Translations under genes and position numbers: made by a program
Part shown: positions 24,512 to 35,885 of the stretch, in pieces
Position numbering within the stretch: the first letter of the stretch is position 1
Layout: each line of letters starts with the position of its first letter
Source of the DNA: an uncultured Methanosarcinaceae archaeon
GTDB lineage: Archaea > Halobacteriota > Methanosarcinia > Methanosarcinales > Methanosarcinaceae
Assembly: GCA_963833425.1 (NCBI GenBank)
Contig: CAWHXP010000006.1
Location: 32,001 to 96,000, forward strand
Length of the DNA stretch: 64,000 nt
Reading direction: 5' to 3'
The notes under the pieces: generated by a model
Databases searched by the model: none
Seen by the model: only the letters and a program-made list of their open reading frames with translations
Told to the model about the DNA's origin: nothing

Positions 24512-24811
24512 ATGGTAAAACAAGCATACGACAAAAAAATTAAAATTAACCCGCATGATGCAAAAGCTTGGATAGGAAAAGGACTTTCTCTAATTATTTT
24601 AAACAAGCATGAAGAAGCAATAACGGCATTTGACAAATCTATTGAAATTAACCCGCAGAATTTAATAGCTTGGTATGGTAAAGGATTTGCTCTCAATAAT
24701 TTAAACAAGCATGAAGAAGCAATAACGGCATTTAACAAAGCAATTGAAATTGACCCGCAGAATTCAATAGCTTTGTACGGTAAAGGACTTGCTCTAAACG
24801 AATTAAATTAA
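24512..24811 (+). CDS. Short TPR-repeat protein
   Basis: TPR units with a 102-bp DNA repeat (ttaaacaagcatgaagaagcaataacggcattt twice); paralog of 19916-20269. Confidence 0.75.
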   Translation: MVKQAYDKKIKINPHDAKAWIGKGLSLIILNKHEEAITAFDKSIEINPQNLIAWYGKGFALNNLNKHEEAITAFNKAIEIDPQNSIALYGKGLALNELN

Positions 24812-25004
24812 TCCTATCCAGAAATCATATTACTTTTAAATATGAGACAAAAGATTTGAGAAAGAATCATGAAAGTTTTTTTGTTATTTATTCCTATGCA
24901 CAGTTTTTTGTGCCAAAATCTATGCATTAATAAAAGTGATAAAAGTCTATTTTTTGTGGCAAAGTAAGTTGTATAGAGTCAATCAAAAATTATGGAACTT
25001 TAGG

Positions 25005-25790
25005 TTCGCCGCCAAAATAGTTACTGTTCTTTAATAATGTCAAAGACCGCCACAGCAACTGCAATTGCCAGTTAGAAGTTGTTACTTGCCGCTGTAAAAG
25101 CAAGAGATGGCGCCTGTGCATAGTTAATACCCATTTTTTTAGAAACCAAAAATGAGATACTAAACATAATTACAAAATAGATTAATAGTGGAATCGCAAT
25201 CCTCACGACATCAAAAGATAAAGTAACAATATATTCACCTTTTAAAGAAAACATTACAATAATCGTAAATAGTAGAGCATAAAGTGAAGTAGGACCTACT
25301 TTAGGAATGAATTTGCCATCGTACCATTTGGCTCCTTTTGAAGGACATAGGAAATAACGGATTAAAAATCCAGCTGTAAAAAGAATCCAAAGGTATATTG
25401 CAACACTTTGAGCTACCTCTTTCATAGAAACATTTACTACCATGCCACCAAGTCCCAACCGTTCAGGTAGCACAGTTATAAAAATATAGGCAAAAACGGA
25501 GTAAAAGACTAGCTGGAAGATAGAATTGAAAGCAACTAAGGCTGCAGCATACTCATTGTCCCCTTCTGCTAGAGTATTCCAAACAATCACCATGGCAATG
25601 CACCTAGCTAGGCCAATTAAGATGACACCTGCCATGTATTCCGGATATGTTCTCAGAAATATAATCGCCAGGATGAACATTAAAATTGGACCAATTACCC
25701 AATTTTCCAATAAGGATAACTCCAATACCATATGAAGCTTTATACAGAAAACTGGAAGGAAAAATAGGTTCCCTTATATTCGGTACTTCT
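25005..25790 (-). pseudogene. acr3: ACR3-family arsenite efflux permease, 5'-truncated and nonsense-interrupted
   Basis: [35 protein letters not shown], then [18 protein letters not shown] (TAA in place of Glu of ELAIAVA); N-terminal helices missing. Confidence 0.9.
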
Positions 25791-26243
25791 TATGCTTGCA
25801 GTTGTAACAAATATAGAGCCTTTTTGTAGCGATAAGTTTTACATTTCTCAAAGTGCCAATTCAGGAACCTACGCTTAATGTAGGTTTTGTAACATTTATT
25901 ATGGTTTTTTTTGCGGAGCAATAATAGGATATAAGTTAGGTCACTTCTTGGAATTGAAATAGAAATTCTAGGCGGCTTAATCTTTCTAGGACTTGGAATA
26001 TGTTCATTTGTATTTAATAATTGATTCAAACGATCATCATACACATAGGGATGCACAATTTTTTTAATAAAATCTCTGAATTTTCTAGGCTCTATCTGAA
26101 GTAGGAAAATATTGTAGATCTATTACTCATGGAGCTTATGGGCCTCATAGAACATGTGGGGCTCATGGAACACTTGGAACTACTTAACCTAAACAACCAT
26201 CATAATAGAAAAATAAGAAAAAATAGAATCAAATCGAAATCCT

Positions 26244-26732
26244 CTAAAGTTCGCAATTAATCTCTTTTCTTATTACTTTTATAGCCTCATCGACACCTTT
26301 AATGACTTCAGGGCTTATCTCCAAAGTAGCTTCAGTTACTCTGGCGCCAATTTCGATCCCTATGACTACAATTTCGGGAAGGAGTTGGATTTTATCCCCG
26401 ACACGTAATACATCAGTAATTGTAAGATCGTGAACTGAGACCAGGTTAAAAGGTTCAGTATCTTTTTCGATGAGATCTTTACCTTCTATACGGTGTACAG
26501 AACCTACAGGACTGTCTGCAAGAATTGCATCCACTATAATAATCTTTCTGGCTCCGTCAAAAATATTTAGAAGATCAAGCCCGCATACCCCCGCATCCAC
26601 TATATCAATGCCTTCGCTATTTTTAAGTTCCGTTTTTTGAAGAGTCTCAATGACCTTCAGACCGATACCATCATTTCCCATTAATAGGCTTCCACATCCT
26701 AGGACGCGGACAGGAGCATGTAATATAGACAT
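26244..26732 (-). CDS. vhtD: Hydrogenase maturation protease
   Basis: GCGSLLMGNDGIG, IIVDAI, SVHDL; last gene of the vht operon. Confidence 0.93.
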   Translation of the reverse strand: MSILHAPVRVLGCGSLLMGNDGIGLKVIETLQKTELKNSEGIDIVDAGVCGLDLLNIFDGARKIIIVDAILADSPVGSVHRIEGKDLIEKDTEPFNLVSVHDLTITDVLRVGDKIQLLPEIVVIGIEIGARVTEATLEISPEVIKGVDEAIKVIRKEINCEL

Positions 26733-26814
26733 CTTCTCATCTTACTAAGGCTTATACAGAGCTAACATGCCTATATTACCTTTCTCCATTTATTTTGCTT
26801 AAATGACTTTCGAA

Positions 26815-27591
26815 TTAATGGTTTCGTCGTCCTTTATCAACAAGATTGTTTGGAGTTTTGACAACTTCTACGTAGTGAGTATCTTTCAGATCTTCTTTTC
26901 CGGACCAGAAGATAGCTTTGTAGTATTTAAAAACATTTGGATCAAACTCCAGAATACAAACATGCACTACCAGTTCGAAGACAAACCAGTAAGTCATCAG
27001 CAAATGAAGAGTCCTCAGAAATGCCAGAGAACTCATTCCGAAAGAAGGTGCGATCAGACCTCCTGCTGACAAGATCCAGGACGCTATAGGGAGTCCAAAT
27101 AATGACCAGTTAAGACTGTACAGAACAATGCCTGTAAGAGCAATGATGACTATAGCTACACCTTCCAGCACAATCAAGATTTTCATCAATGGGTGCAGCT
27201 TGGTCTTATAGTGTCCAGATGCCTCATCATAGATGGTAAATGCTGGATATTTGCCCTTCCCAAAAAAATTACCAATTATTCCTGCCATGCGTGATGCATC
27301 TCTGGGACCAAAAACATAATGATCCAAAAAGTGTGAAAACTTTTCCTTAATCCCACCCCCAGTAGCAAGAACAATGGAAACAGGAATCAGGAACCAATTC
27401 ACCACAAGTAAGAAAGGAACCGCGAACATATGGAGAGCGCGGGCTGTATGGAAACTCATAAAGTCCCAGCCAAAGTGGATCTTTAATCCGGTGATAATGA
27501 GCGTCAGCATCGCAGCGGCATGGACAATGTGTACCACTCTATCGAGGAGACTATAGCGCTCAACAATAGTTGAATTGCCATTAGCTTTCAT
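26815..27591 (-). CDS. vhtC: Methanophenazine-reducing hydrogenase cytochrome b subunit
   Basis: [16 protein letters not shown] and VHV heme-ligand His pattern in TM helices. Confidence 0.93.
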   Translation of the reverse strand: MKANGNSTIVERYSLLDRVVHIVHAAAMLTLIITGLKIHFGWDFMSFHTARALHMFAVPFLLVVNWFLIPVSIVLATGGGIKEKFSHFLDHYVFGPRDASRMAGIIGNFFGKGKYPAFTIYDEASGHYKTKLHPLMKILIVLEGVAIVIIALTGIVLYSLNWSLFGLPIASWILSAGGLIAPSFGMSSLAFLRTLHLLMTYWFVFELVVHVCILEFDPNVFKYYKAIFWSGKEDLKDTHYVEVVKTPNNLVDKGRRNH

Positions 27592-27625
27592 TAGGGATCA
27601 TCTCCTTATAAGATTCATCATTGTT

Positions 27626-29413
27626 TTACAATATTCTTAAGGTCCTTGGAGCGTTTTTCCCTGTCATGTCAATGGTATGAACGGCGCATGAGATGCAAGG
27701 GTCATATGATCTGCCGATATGGAAAATTCCAACAGGATTGGCGTAATCGACACCAAGAATATTCCCAACGGCATTGATTTTTGATCCGAGGAGGGATTGT
27801 TCAAGAGGACCAGGGATACCCGCGGTATCTCTCGGGGACATATTCCAGGTACCTGGAACTATGCACTGATAGGTGACAACCTTTCCTTTACTGTCAGTGG
27901 ATACCCAGTGCCCAAGGGCTCCACGTGGAGCTTCCCATAAGCCCATACCATGGGAATCGTTACCTTTAGAAAGGTCTAAAGGTACTGCGATCTTACCGTT
28001 CGGATCAAGGTCAACTGTCACCCACTTTAGGAGCTCATTTGCGATAATAGTGGTTTCCTGCATACGAGCCAGCATTCTTGTATAAACATTAGCTGCAGAG
28101 TAGCCATTCTCATGAAAAGCAAGGGCCAATCCAGTTACTAGTGGCTCCTTTATTGCAAGCATACGTGCAAGAGGACCTACTTCACAGGGAATTCCGCCAT
28201 ATCTCGGAGCTTTGTCCCAGCTGTACCTGCTATTCGGACCCTGGTCGTATACTATTTTCCCAGGATCTGTAAATGGAATGGTCTCACCTTTTGAGGGAGG
28301 AAGGTTGTCTGCATTATCATAGAAAGAATGAGCAATGCTTTCCGTAACCTTGCTAGGATCAAAGTTATCGTGCTCGAGTTTTCCTGTTACGATACCTGAA
28401 GTCATGAATCTGTTTCCTGCAGGACTGCTCGGGTCGTATCCATCTCCATTTTCGGGCTTGTAGAATGCACCATATGACAGGAAGTTAATCTTTGAGGGGT
28501 CGCTGTACCCGCCTATTTTATCGTGTTTAAGGCTTGCAGGAAGGTGAAGGAGAGTTTCCCCTACTAATTCGGAGCCGAAAGCTGCATAGAATTCAACATC
28601 TCCCCACCCTGCTGCTCTGGAAAAGTCATTGGTACTAAGTGATTTGTTAATAAGGCCCTGGAGGTGTTCAACCACAAAATTTACTGCTTTCTTAGGTGAG
28701 CTTGCCTTGTAGGTATTCGCAATCCAGGCATCAAAGGGCACTTGGAGAGTGTACTTTGATACAAAATCCATAACCTGCAGATAATACGTGGAAAGCTTTA
28801 CAACATCTGCAACTGTCGGCTGATAGAAATATCCTCCAGGGTATGGTGTGACTGGCCCTGGCATTCTACCGCCAATAATTGCAATGGCTTCCTGTAAACG
28901 TTTCTTTTCAGGAATTGCTGCCAGCCAAGAGGTTCCCGCAGGAATAGGGACACCGTCTATCTTGTAGCTAATTGGAGCAAATCTTCCAACCATTTCTTTC
29001 CAGACTGCGTTTCCAGTATCTCCGAGTGTTGCAAGGACATTTCTGTACGCAGGATTCGCAAGGTCCGGGCCCCACAGAACGTATATATGAGTTGCATGGC
29101 TTGCAATAGTGTTTAGAGCCTGAAAAATGTTCCTTGTGACAAGAGCATCTTTAGGAACATGTTCGGCCACTCCATAAAGATTGTCAAGGGCATTTGTAGC
29201 TGTCAAGGAATGAGAAATAGGACAAACACCACATATTCTTTGGACAAGCTGTCCTGCATCCCTTGGATCCTGATTTTGTAGTATGCGTTCAAAACCTCTG
29301 AACATCAGAGACGAGCTCTGTGCATCTGTAATAACACCATCAGCACCTACTTCAGTGGATACACGAAGATGGCCTTCAATTCTTGTTAAGGGATCAATTG
29401 TAACATTTACCAT
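27626..29413 (-). CDS. vhtA: Methanophenazine-reducing [NiFe] hydrogenase large subunit
   Basis: [16 protein letters not shown] and DPCISCAVH with C-terminal extension. Confidence 0.96.
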   Translation of the reverse strand: MVNVTIDPLTRIEGHLRVSTEVGADGVITDAQSSSLMFRGFERILQNQDPRDAGQLVQRICGVCPISHSLTATNALDNLYGVAEHVPKDALVTRNIFQALNTIASHATHIYVLWGPDLANPAYRNVLATLGDTGNAVWKEMVGRFAPISYKIDGVPIPAGTSWLAAIPEKKRLQEAIAIIGGRMPGPVTPYPGGYFYQPTVADVVKLSTYYLQVMDFVSKYTLQVPFDAWIANTYKASSPKKAVNFVVEHLQGLINKSLSTNDFSRAAGWGDVEFYAAFGSELVGETLLHLPASLKHDKIGGYSDPSKINFLSYGAFYKPENGDGYDPSSPAGNRFMTSGIVTGKLEHDNFDPSKVTESIAHSFYDNADNLPPSKGETIPFTDPGKIVYDQGPNSRYSWDKAPRYGGIPCEVGPLARMLAIKEPLVTGLALAFHENGYSAANVYTRMLARMQETTIIANELLKWVTVDLDPNGKIAVPLDLSKGNDSHGMGLWEAPRGALGHWVSTDSKGKVVTYQCIVPGTWNMSPRDTAGIPGPLEQSLLGSKINAVGNILGVDYANPVGIFHIGRSYDPCISCAVHTIDMTGKNAPRTLRIL

Positions 29414-29420
29414 TATTCAC

Positions 29421-30569
29421 TCACTCTCCTTTCATTCTTCTTACAGCATGCACACCCGCAGCAATTGCAGCGGCGCCGATCGCAACTTTGGCTACCGTAC
29501 CGATATTCTGTCCTAGAAGTACTCCCTTGTCTTCAGCTTGTACATAAAGGGGTCTTGAAGAGTCCGGAAAGCCAGGTTCTACGCAGGCAATGCAGGGACC
29601 TACCTGTGGACACACACTCACAGAACCATTCCACTTGCGAACTGCACAATCTCCATGAGCATACGGGGCTTTACACCCCATTTTCCACAGACAATGTGGC
29701 CCACCTGCCCCATCTTCGAACAGTCCCTGGTCATAATATCCACGTCGAGGGCAATTGTCATGGACAACATGATCTGGAGGGAAGAAAACCTTTGGCCTGT
29801 TATACTGGTCCAGAATGACCGGAAGATCATCAGGAACCCTAATCTTTCCAAGGATTATTGCGCCTATTGTGAGGAGGATCCAATCAGGGTGAGGAGGACA
29901 GCCAGAAATATTGATTACTGGTTTATTGATGTTAAGTTCACTAAGTATACCTTTTGAAGCATCAGTCTTTAAGAAACCCGTTCCTCTGTAATCCGTATCG
30001 TGGACAATAGCACTTTCTGCAGAGGTAATTCCTCCCCAACATGCACAAGCTCCGACTGCAACAATAGCTGCGGCATTCTTTGCAGCTTCTCCAACGGTAT
30101 CCTTGAAAGTCTTGTTCCCAACAACTTGGTAACGACCTGAACCCTTAGGACCATTTGCAATAGAGCCCTCAACAACCAGAACATATCCACCTTCTTTGAT
30201 AAGATCGTTAAGGAGAATCTCTGAGTTAAGCTCAGAGGTGTTTGAAAGCTTATCGTTTACCCATATACCTTGCTGGGCAAGAAGAGTTTCATGGTAAGCA
30301 AGATTGACATTGAGCTTAGTGAGTGCCTGTATAATGTCAGGATTGCCTGAATTCAAAAGGGATTCGGAGCATCCAGTGCATTCGGAGCCATGGAGCCAAA
30401 CGATCTTTGTTTCTGCAAATTCAAGAGCGTTTACGATCTCAGTTTGGAAGCTGCTGAGGAATGTACTTGCTCCGAGAAAGCCTACTGCTTTCATGAAAGT
30501 GCGTCGATCCATTTTTAAGAAGTCAACACTATCCAGTGTTTGAACAAGATTTTTTATTCCAGTACTCAT
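29421..30569 (-). CDS. vhtG: [NiFe] hydrogenase small subunit with Tat signal
   Basis: DRRTFMK twin-arginine motif, ECTGCSES, GCPPHP, HDNCPRR, CLWKMGCK, CIAC; start placed at MSTGIKN. Confidence 0.95.
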   Translation of the reverse strand: MSTGIKNLVQTLDSVDFLKMDRRTFMKAVGFLGASTFLSSFQTEIVNALEFAETKIVWLHGSECTGCSESLLNSGNPDIIQALTKLNVNLAYHETLLAQQGIWVNDKLSNTSELNSEILLNDLIKEGGYVLVVEGSIANGPKGSGRYQVVGNKTFKDTVGEAAKNAAAIVAVGACACWGGITSAESAIVHDTDYRGTGFLKTDASKGILSELNINKPVINISGCPPHPDWILLTIGAIILGKIRVPDDLPVILDQYNRPKVFFPPDHVVHDNCPRRGYYDQGLFEDGAGGPHCLWKMGCKAPYAHGDCAVRKWNGSVSVCPQVGPCIACVEPGFPDSSRPLYVQAEDKGVLLGQNIGTVAKVAIGAAAIAAGVHAVRRMKGE

Positions 30570-30764
30570 CTCTACCACATCTTCGTTTAAATAACAGAAT
30601 AATACATTTGAAAACAAATACAAATTAAATATTCACTAAAATTATATAAATGCGAACATAAACCTATCGCTAATGTTTTCAATGAGGGAATAGTATTTAA
30701 GGTTTTTTACTTTTAATAATATAATACATAATAGGATAAAGGAAATTCAGAATAGTATATGAAG

Positions 30765-31225
30765 TATCACTCAGCTGAAGACTAAGTGGCTTCGTGATTC
30801 ATTCTTTTTTCTTTTGAGAACAATTCCCCAAGTCCATCCACCGCATCCCACATGTATAAAATTCTAATTAGATTTAGATCAATGAGAGCAAATTTTTTGA
30901 TATTAATTGCAGCATTAATGTTTTTATCAGGTTTTGTTTTGCAATCAGAAAATTTGAATTATTATCTCTTAGTATTAGTTCAGAGTTATGGCATCTACAA
31001 AAATTACAGCTTTTAGATGATGGTTTAAATATATATATCATAATAATTTTTTTCTGACCATTCTGATTTATACTAATTTTGTTACAAACTACTCAACGCC
31101 GAATCTTCTATAGACTGTGCTAAATGTAATTCTTAATCATGCTTTAACATTCAGAGTTTCAACAATTATTATTTGTTTCTCGCAACAAGTTTATAAGAGA
31201 ATTGTTGAAAATAAGTTCTTTGATT
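30765..31225 (-). mobile_element. tnpB: TnpB 3'-half remnant with right end (IS605-type)
   Basis: Minus strand IVETLNVK..MIKN..LAQSIEDSA, KPSSKSCNFCRCHNSELILRD, DCKTKPDKNINAAINIKK and RMNHEAT*SSAE. Confidence 0.8.
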
Positions 31226-31229
31226 TGTT

Positions 31230-31665
31230 ATTTTCTAATGAAGTACACAACAAGTTTTTGTTAATATACGTTATCTTTGTGTGCAAGTATCGAAAAAGAT
31301 TCTATAATAAATTGAAGAAAAACCAAAATAATAATTAATTACATTGAAAAGGAGGCCAATTTTGAAATACTAGAAATGGAGACTTGCAAAGACCACATCT
31401 ACAAACTTGTTAAAGTCGAGCCAAAAATCAGCACACTTATAATTATTCTAAAATTGAAGCAAGAGACAACAATTATGCTATGGAAAACTCAAAAAGAGTA
31501 TTTGAAAAAAAACACAATTGGAAAGAACATATACTAAGAGTAATGGATATTTCGTATATTATATAGGCAACGTTAGCAAAGAATCAGCCGAAAATATATT
31601 CAGAACCAGAGTTGGAGTTGGGGCTGACATCCATTGGGCTGAAAACCAAGTGATTTTTATGCTTT
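31230..31665 (+). mobile_element. tnpA: IS200-type TnpA (HUH) pseudogene, divergent from the TnpB remnant
   Basis: NKFLLIYVIFVCKYRKR, FEILEMETCKDHIYKLVKVEPKIS, KLKQETT..LWK, SNGYFV..IGNVS and YIQNQ across frameshifts. Confidence 0.8.
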
Positions 31666-31984
31666 GTACTAAAAAGAAAATTAATTGTGGAATTTAAGAG
31701 CACTAAATTTTAATGTACAAAATAAATCAAGTCAGACATTATTTAGTCTGTCGAAAATTAGTTGATAGATAGCTATTACTGATGCTAGATACTTCTGCTC
31801 ACTAACTAATGGAAAATAAAATGGATGATCAATAGTTAATAAAATAAATCCATCAAAATTTGCTCATCGAACTTTAGTAAAGAAAGCTATAGATATTGTT
31901 TCTTAAAGACATGATGAATAGTTGCCAATTATAGTAAAAAATTAGAGGATCAGTGATTTGGATAGAAAAATAATTTAGAATTAA

Positions 31985-33118
31985 AGAAGATTTCGATAAA
32001 CTTCGGATTTTATTTCTTAGCAGGGATTTCTCATATCTTCCCCTCAATTTCTCTATTTAATTCCTCTTTTTGGCTTTACTTATTCTCAATTCTTTGATTT
32101 TAAAGATATCTTCCGCCATCTTCAATATAGTTTTTTTATTTTCAATGTCCTCAATTGATGAAGATTATAACAAAAAGCCGTACACAACATTTTTAGATTT
32201 ACTCTTTTAACAGTAGTAACAAAAACTCTTCCTGCTTTGAAAATTTCTTTCGTTACTGAATAAACTCTTTCCCCTTGGCCTCTTTTTGAGCTAATTCTCT
32301 TATTTCTTAATATATCCTTTATTCCCAGCGTATGTCCTTTGACCGCTCTTTTCATTGTTGCATTATACCTTTCGTTTTTGCTCCAAAGTATCCTCTGTCC
32401 CTATAAACCACTTCATTTTCCTCTGTCAAATCTACATACGAATCATGTACTGACGCAGTTGTTGTTTTGAATCTTCTGATCAGCTCATAATCTCTGTCTA
32501 TTATATTATGAAACTTATATCCAAAGTGAGACTTACCTCCCTTCTTTGTCCATGTTCCGTCTCTGCTTATTCTTGTTTTTGCCTCATCTCTCTCCTTTTG
32601 CATGTCCTGGATCTGGATGGATAAAAGTAGCATCCTGAATCATTCCCTGCTTTATCTGTAAACCCAGAGCATCAAGTTGGCCTTGCAACTTTCCCCATAT
32701 TTTCTTTGAAATTCTCGATAATTCTATCCCTAAATAGCCATACAGTAGTACTATCAGGTATGTATTCAGGAAATCAAAGGAATTTTCTAAAAGAAATTCA
32801 ATCTATACACTGTTTCTCAAGTTCAAAATCAGAAAGCCCATTCCATTGTTGTAAAACAAGCATTTTGAACATCACAATGACATCAGTTTCAGGTCTCCCT
32901 CCTGAAAAGGGTTTGTTAATATACATAGGCTCATGAATAATACGAAATGTTTTCCAATCAATTAAGAAATCAATTTCAGCAAGCTTATCTCCAACAGATT
33001 CAAGACGTTTATACTCTTTTTAAGAGCAAAATCAGTAAAAGTTTTCATGAATATACATAAATATTGACAAATTCAAAGTCAACCATGCTCAAGAGCATGG
33101 AGGTTATCGAAATTCTCT
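31985..33118 (-). mobile_element. IS5-family element, near-identical inverted copy of 10677-11810
   Basis: Same TIRs, same internal TGA after EKQCID and same small deletions. Confidence 0.95.
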
Positions 33119-33396
33119 AAAGTAAATATAAACTTGACAGCTAAAGATATAAAATTGATAATGAAATACATATATATATAAGTATATATTTACATACAAA
33201 GATACGTACATCATAATTTAGTTATATTTTAGATAGCATGCATAAAAATTGTAAAAAAATCATAAATAGTCTGATGATATTCAATATATTATTTCACTCC
33301 ATATAGATTTTGCATAGAGATTTTGGAGAGGAAAGTTCAAAAAAATATTGAGAAATACTTTTTTTTTGAATGAAGATATTTAGCAAATCAAACTTG

Positions 33397-33488
33397 AGAG
33401 TATATCGATATACCCTTGATTTTCAAGAATTATTTATACGCTGTTTATAAACATATGGCGAAATTTAGGGGTTTTATCGAAATACTCT
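33397..33488. mobile_element. IS5-TIR MITE (~90 bp)
   Basis: AGAGTATATCGATA ... TATCGAAATACTCT; interior matches 37969, 51866 and 60832 copies. Confidence 0.75.
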
Positions 33489-34053
33489 ATTAATTGAGCG
33501 ATATATTAAGAATCAGCCTGTTCCAAATTCAGATCGAAAAGAGTTTAGAACAATTGTAAACAATCTTCGAATCAACTTATAAGCTCAGAAAAAACATTTT
33601 TAAATTATTCCGGAGAAGTGAGAAAACGCAAAAGATATAAAATAGAACTATAGAATTGCGAAAAGCAATTTTACCCTTGATTAATTTCAAAAGATCGGAA
33701 TCTAATTCTAATCATTGAATCTGTACTTTTTTATTCGAGGAACTAGAGGAAATAAAAAGCGACTATTTAAAACAGCGATCAAAAGAAAAAAGTGGATATT
33801 AATCATACTTATATCTAGCGCAAGGGTGATAAGATGACTAATTATAGAAGTTAAACGAAAACCGGAGTGGGGATGAAACATGTTTATTCAGTAAATGAGA
33901 GTAAATAAAGGTTTTTTGCGGATTTAAAAACACAACCTACTCCTTGCTATAACAAAATTCCCGTAAAAAAACTAACTCGAATACGAAAAACGGATCTAGA
34001 ACAGTTAAACGGCATAATTAAACCATATTTTGAAAGAAAATAGTAGAGGTAAC

Positions 34054-34314
34054 ATGTGTATAGCTATTCCTGGAAAAATCACTTGTATAGTGAATGAAAA
34101 CACTGCCACTGTGAACATGGGGGGAATCTGTAGAAATGTAAATATGGATCTACTGGGAGGGGCCAGTGAATCTATGCTAGGGAAACATGTCCTCGTCCAT
34201 GTTGGATATGCGATAGCTGAAATATCGGAAGAAGAAAGTGAGGAAACAATGCACCTTCTCAAACAGATCGCAGGTCTTGAAGATATAGATACCTTTGAAA
34301 GTGAATCTCAATGA
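34054..34314 (+). CDS. hypC: Hydrogenase maturation chaperone HypC
   Basis: MCIAIPG N-terminus, VLVHVGYAI. Confidence 0.96.
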   Translation: MCIAIPGKITCIVNENTATVNMGGICRNVNMDLLGGASESMLGKHVLVHVGYAIAEISEEESEETMHLLKQIAGLEDIDTFESESQ

Positions 34315-34321
34315 AGAATGG

Positions 34322-35452
34322 ATGCTGATTAAAATGAAAAATGGAAATCCTCCTTCAATATCAGCGATTACTAAACTTGAAAAAAAGCTACTGGAAAGAA
34401 TTGGGAATTCAAAGGTATCGCTTCGCATAATGCATGTCTGTGGAACTCACGAGAGGACTATCGCAAAAAATGGACTTAGAAGCGTGCTTCCAAAAAATAT
34501 TGAAGTTATTAGCGGCCCCGGATGCCCAGTCTGTGTCACTCCTGAAGAAGATATAGATATTGCAATCGCCCTATCAAGAAGCGGAATGACAATTGTAACC
34601 TTTGGAGATATGATGAGAGTCCCGGGTTCATCAGAAAGTTTGCTTGACTCAAAATCTGAAGGTTCGGATGTAAGGATGGTCTATAGCATTGAAGATGCTG
34701 TTAACCTTGCAAAAAAAGAGCCCGAACTCGAAGTGGTCTTTTTGGGGATAGGCTTTGAAACCACGGTCCCTGCAAACGCGGCTTCTCTCTTGAGAAATAC
34801 TCCCGATAACTTTAGCCTCCTCACATCTCAGAAGCGAACACCTCCTGCAATAGATATACTGGCCAATGATACAGAAGTTGATGCCTTTATTGCTCCAGGC
34901 CATGTAGCAACAATTATAGGCACAAAACCTTTTGAACCTCTTGCAGAAAAGGGTTTTCCTGTTGTAGTAAGCGGGTTTGAGGCTCGAGACATTTTCCTTG
35001 GGATTAACATGTTACAAATGCAGGTAGAGGAAGGATGCTCAAGAGTGGACAACGGCTACCCAAGAGTCGTAAAACAGGAAGGAAACCGAGTAGCTTTGGA
35101 AATGATGGACAAAGTATTCGAAACTTCGGATTCTGAATGGAGAGGTATCGGGAAAATAAAGAATTCAGGACTCGTACTCAGGAAAAAGTTTGAAGAAAAA
35201 GATGCAGCAAAGAAGTACAAAGATTTTTATGCCTCTTTAGTTAAAGATATTCGAAAAAAAGCCGAAATAAAGGACAAAAATTGTTGCATTTGTGCAGCCA
35301 TCCTCACAGGGAAAGCAAAACCTCCCCAATGCCCGAACTTTGGACAAACATGCACTCCAAAAACCCCTGCTGGGCCATGTATGATCAGCCAAGAAGGAAT
35401 GTGTTATAACTGGTTAAAATATTCTATGAACGGAGGTAATAGACTTGCATGA
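34322..35452 (+). CDS. hypD: Hydrogenase maturation protein HypD (start uncertain, 34322 or 34334)
   Basis: MHVCGTH, GPGCPVC, GFETT, PGHVA and C-terminal Fe-S Cys motif. Confidence 0.96.
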   Translation: MLIKMKNGNPPSISAITKLEKKLLERIGNSKVSLRIMHVCGTHERTIAKNGLRSVLPKNIEVISGPGCPVCVTPEEDIDIAIALSRSGMTIVTFGDMMRVPGSSESLLDSKSEGSDVRMVYSIEDAVNLAKKEPELEVVFLGIGFETTVPANAASLLRNTPDNFSLLTSQKRTPPAIDILANDTEVDAFIAPGHVATIIGTKPFEPLAEKGFPVVVSGFEARDIFLGINMLQMQVEEGCSRVDNGYPRVVKQEGNRVALEMMDKVFETSDSEWRGIGKIKNSGLVLRKKFEEKDAAKKYKDFYASLVKDIRKKAEIKDKNCCICAAILTGKAKPPQCPNFGQTCTPKTPAGPCMISQEGMCYNWLKYSMNGGNRLA

Positions 35453-35861
35453 ACTTTCAATTGCCTGCGAGATCCTTGAACAAGTAATTGATTCAGCTAC
35501 ATCTCACAGAGCAACAAAAGTAAAGCAAGTGACTCTCCAGATTGGAAGGTTGACACACACTAATCCTGAGCAACTGAGTTTCTGTTTCAAAGTCATTGCA
35601 GAGGGAAGCATTGCAGCAGATGCAGATTTCATTGTAGAAATGCTACCCCATTCTCTTGAATGCGAATGTGGATATGAGGGAACTGTGGACAAATCACAAA
35701 TCCGAAAAAGCAGCGAACTCAAAAGCGAACTTCTTACTTATATAGAAGCTATGGAATGTCCAATTTGTGGAAAAGAGGGCCACATTGTAGGCGGAAGAGA
35801 ATTGATAATTAAAAGCATTGAGATCGAAACAGAAGACGAAGATTTAACTGAAGATAGATGA
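35445..35861 (+). CDS. hypA: Hydrogenase nickel metallochaperone HypA (TTG start)
   Basis: MHELSIA, CECG...CPICG, GRELII. Confidence 0.95.
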   Translation: MHELSIACEILEQVIDSATSHRATKVKQVTLQIGRLTHTNPEQLSFCFKVIAEGSIAADADFIVEMLPHSLECECGYEGTVDKSQIRKSSELKSELLTYIEAMECPICGKEGHIVGGRELIIKSIEIETEDEDLTEDR

Positions 35862-35885
35862 AAATAAACCATTAAGTGATATATT

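Larger units (their letters stand above)
23658..24945. repeat. Right arm of large imperfect inverted duplication
   Basis: Mirror of 19770-21300 as described there. Confidence 0.9.

Noticed and set aside
26126..26179. Degenerate 9-bp tandem repeats (ctcatggag-like)
   Set aside because: Short; best explained as a low-complexity SSM/SPM coding remnant of a decayed gene
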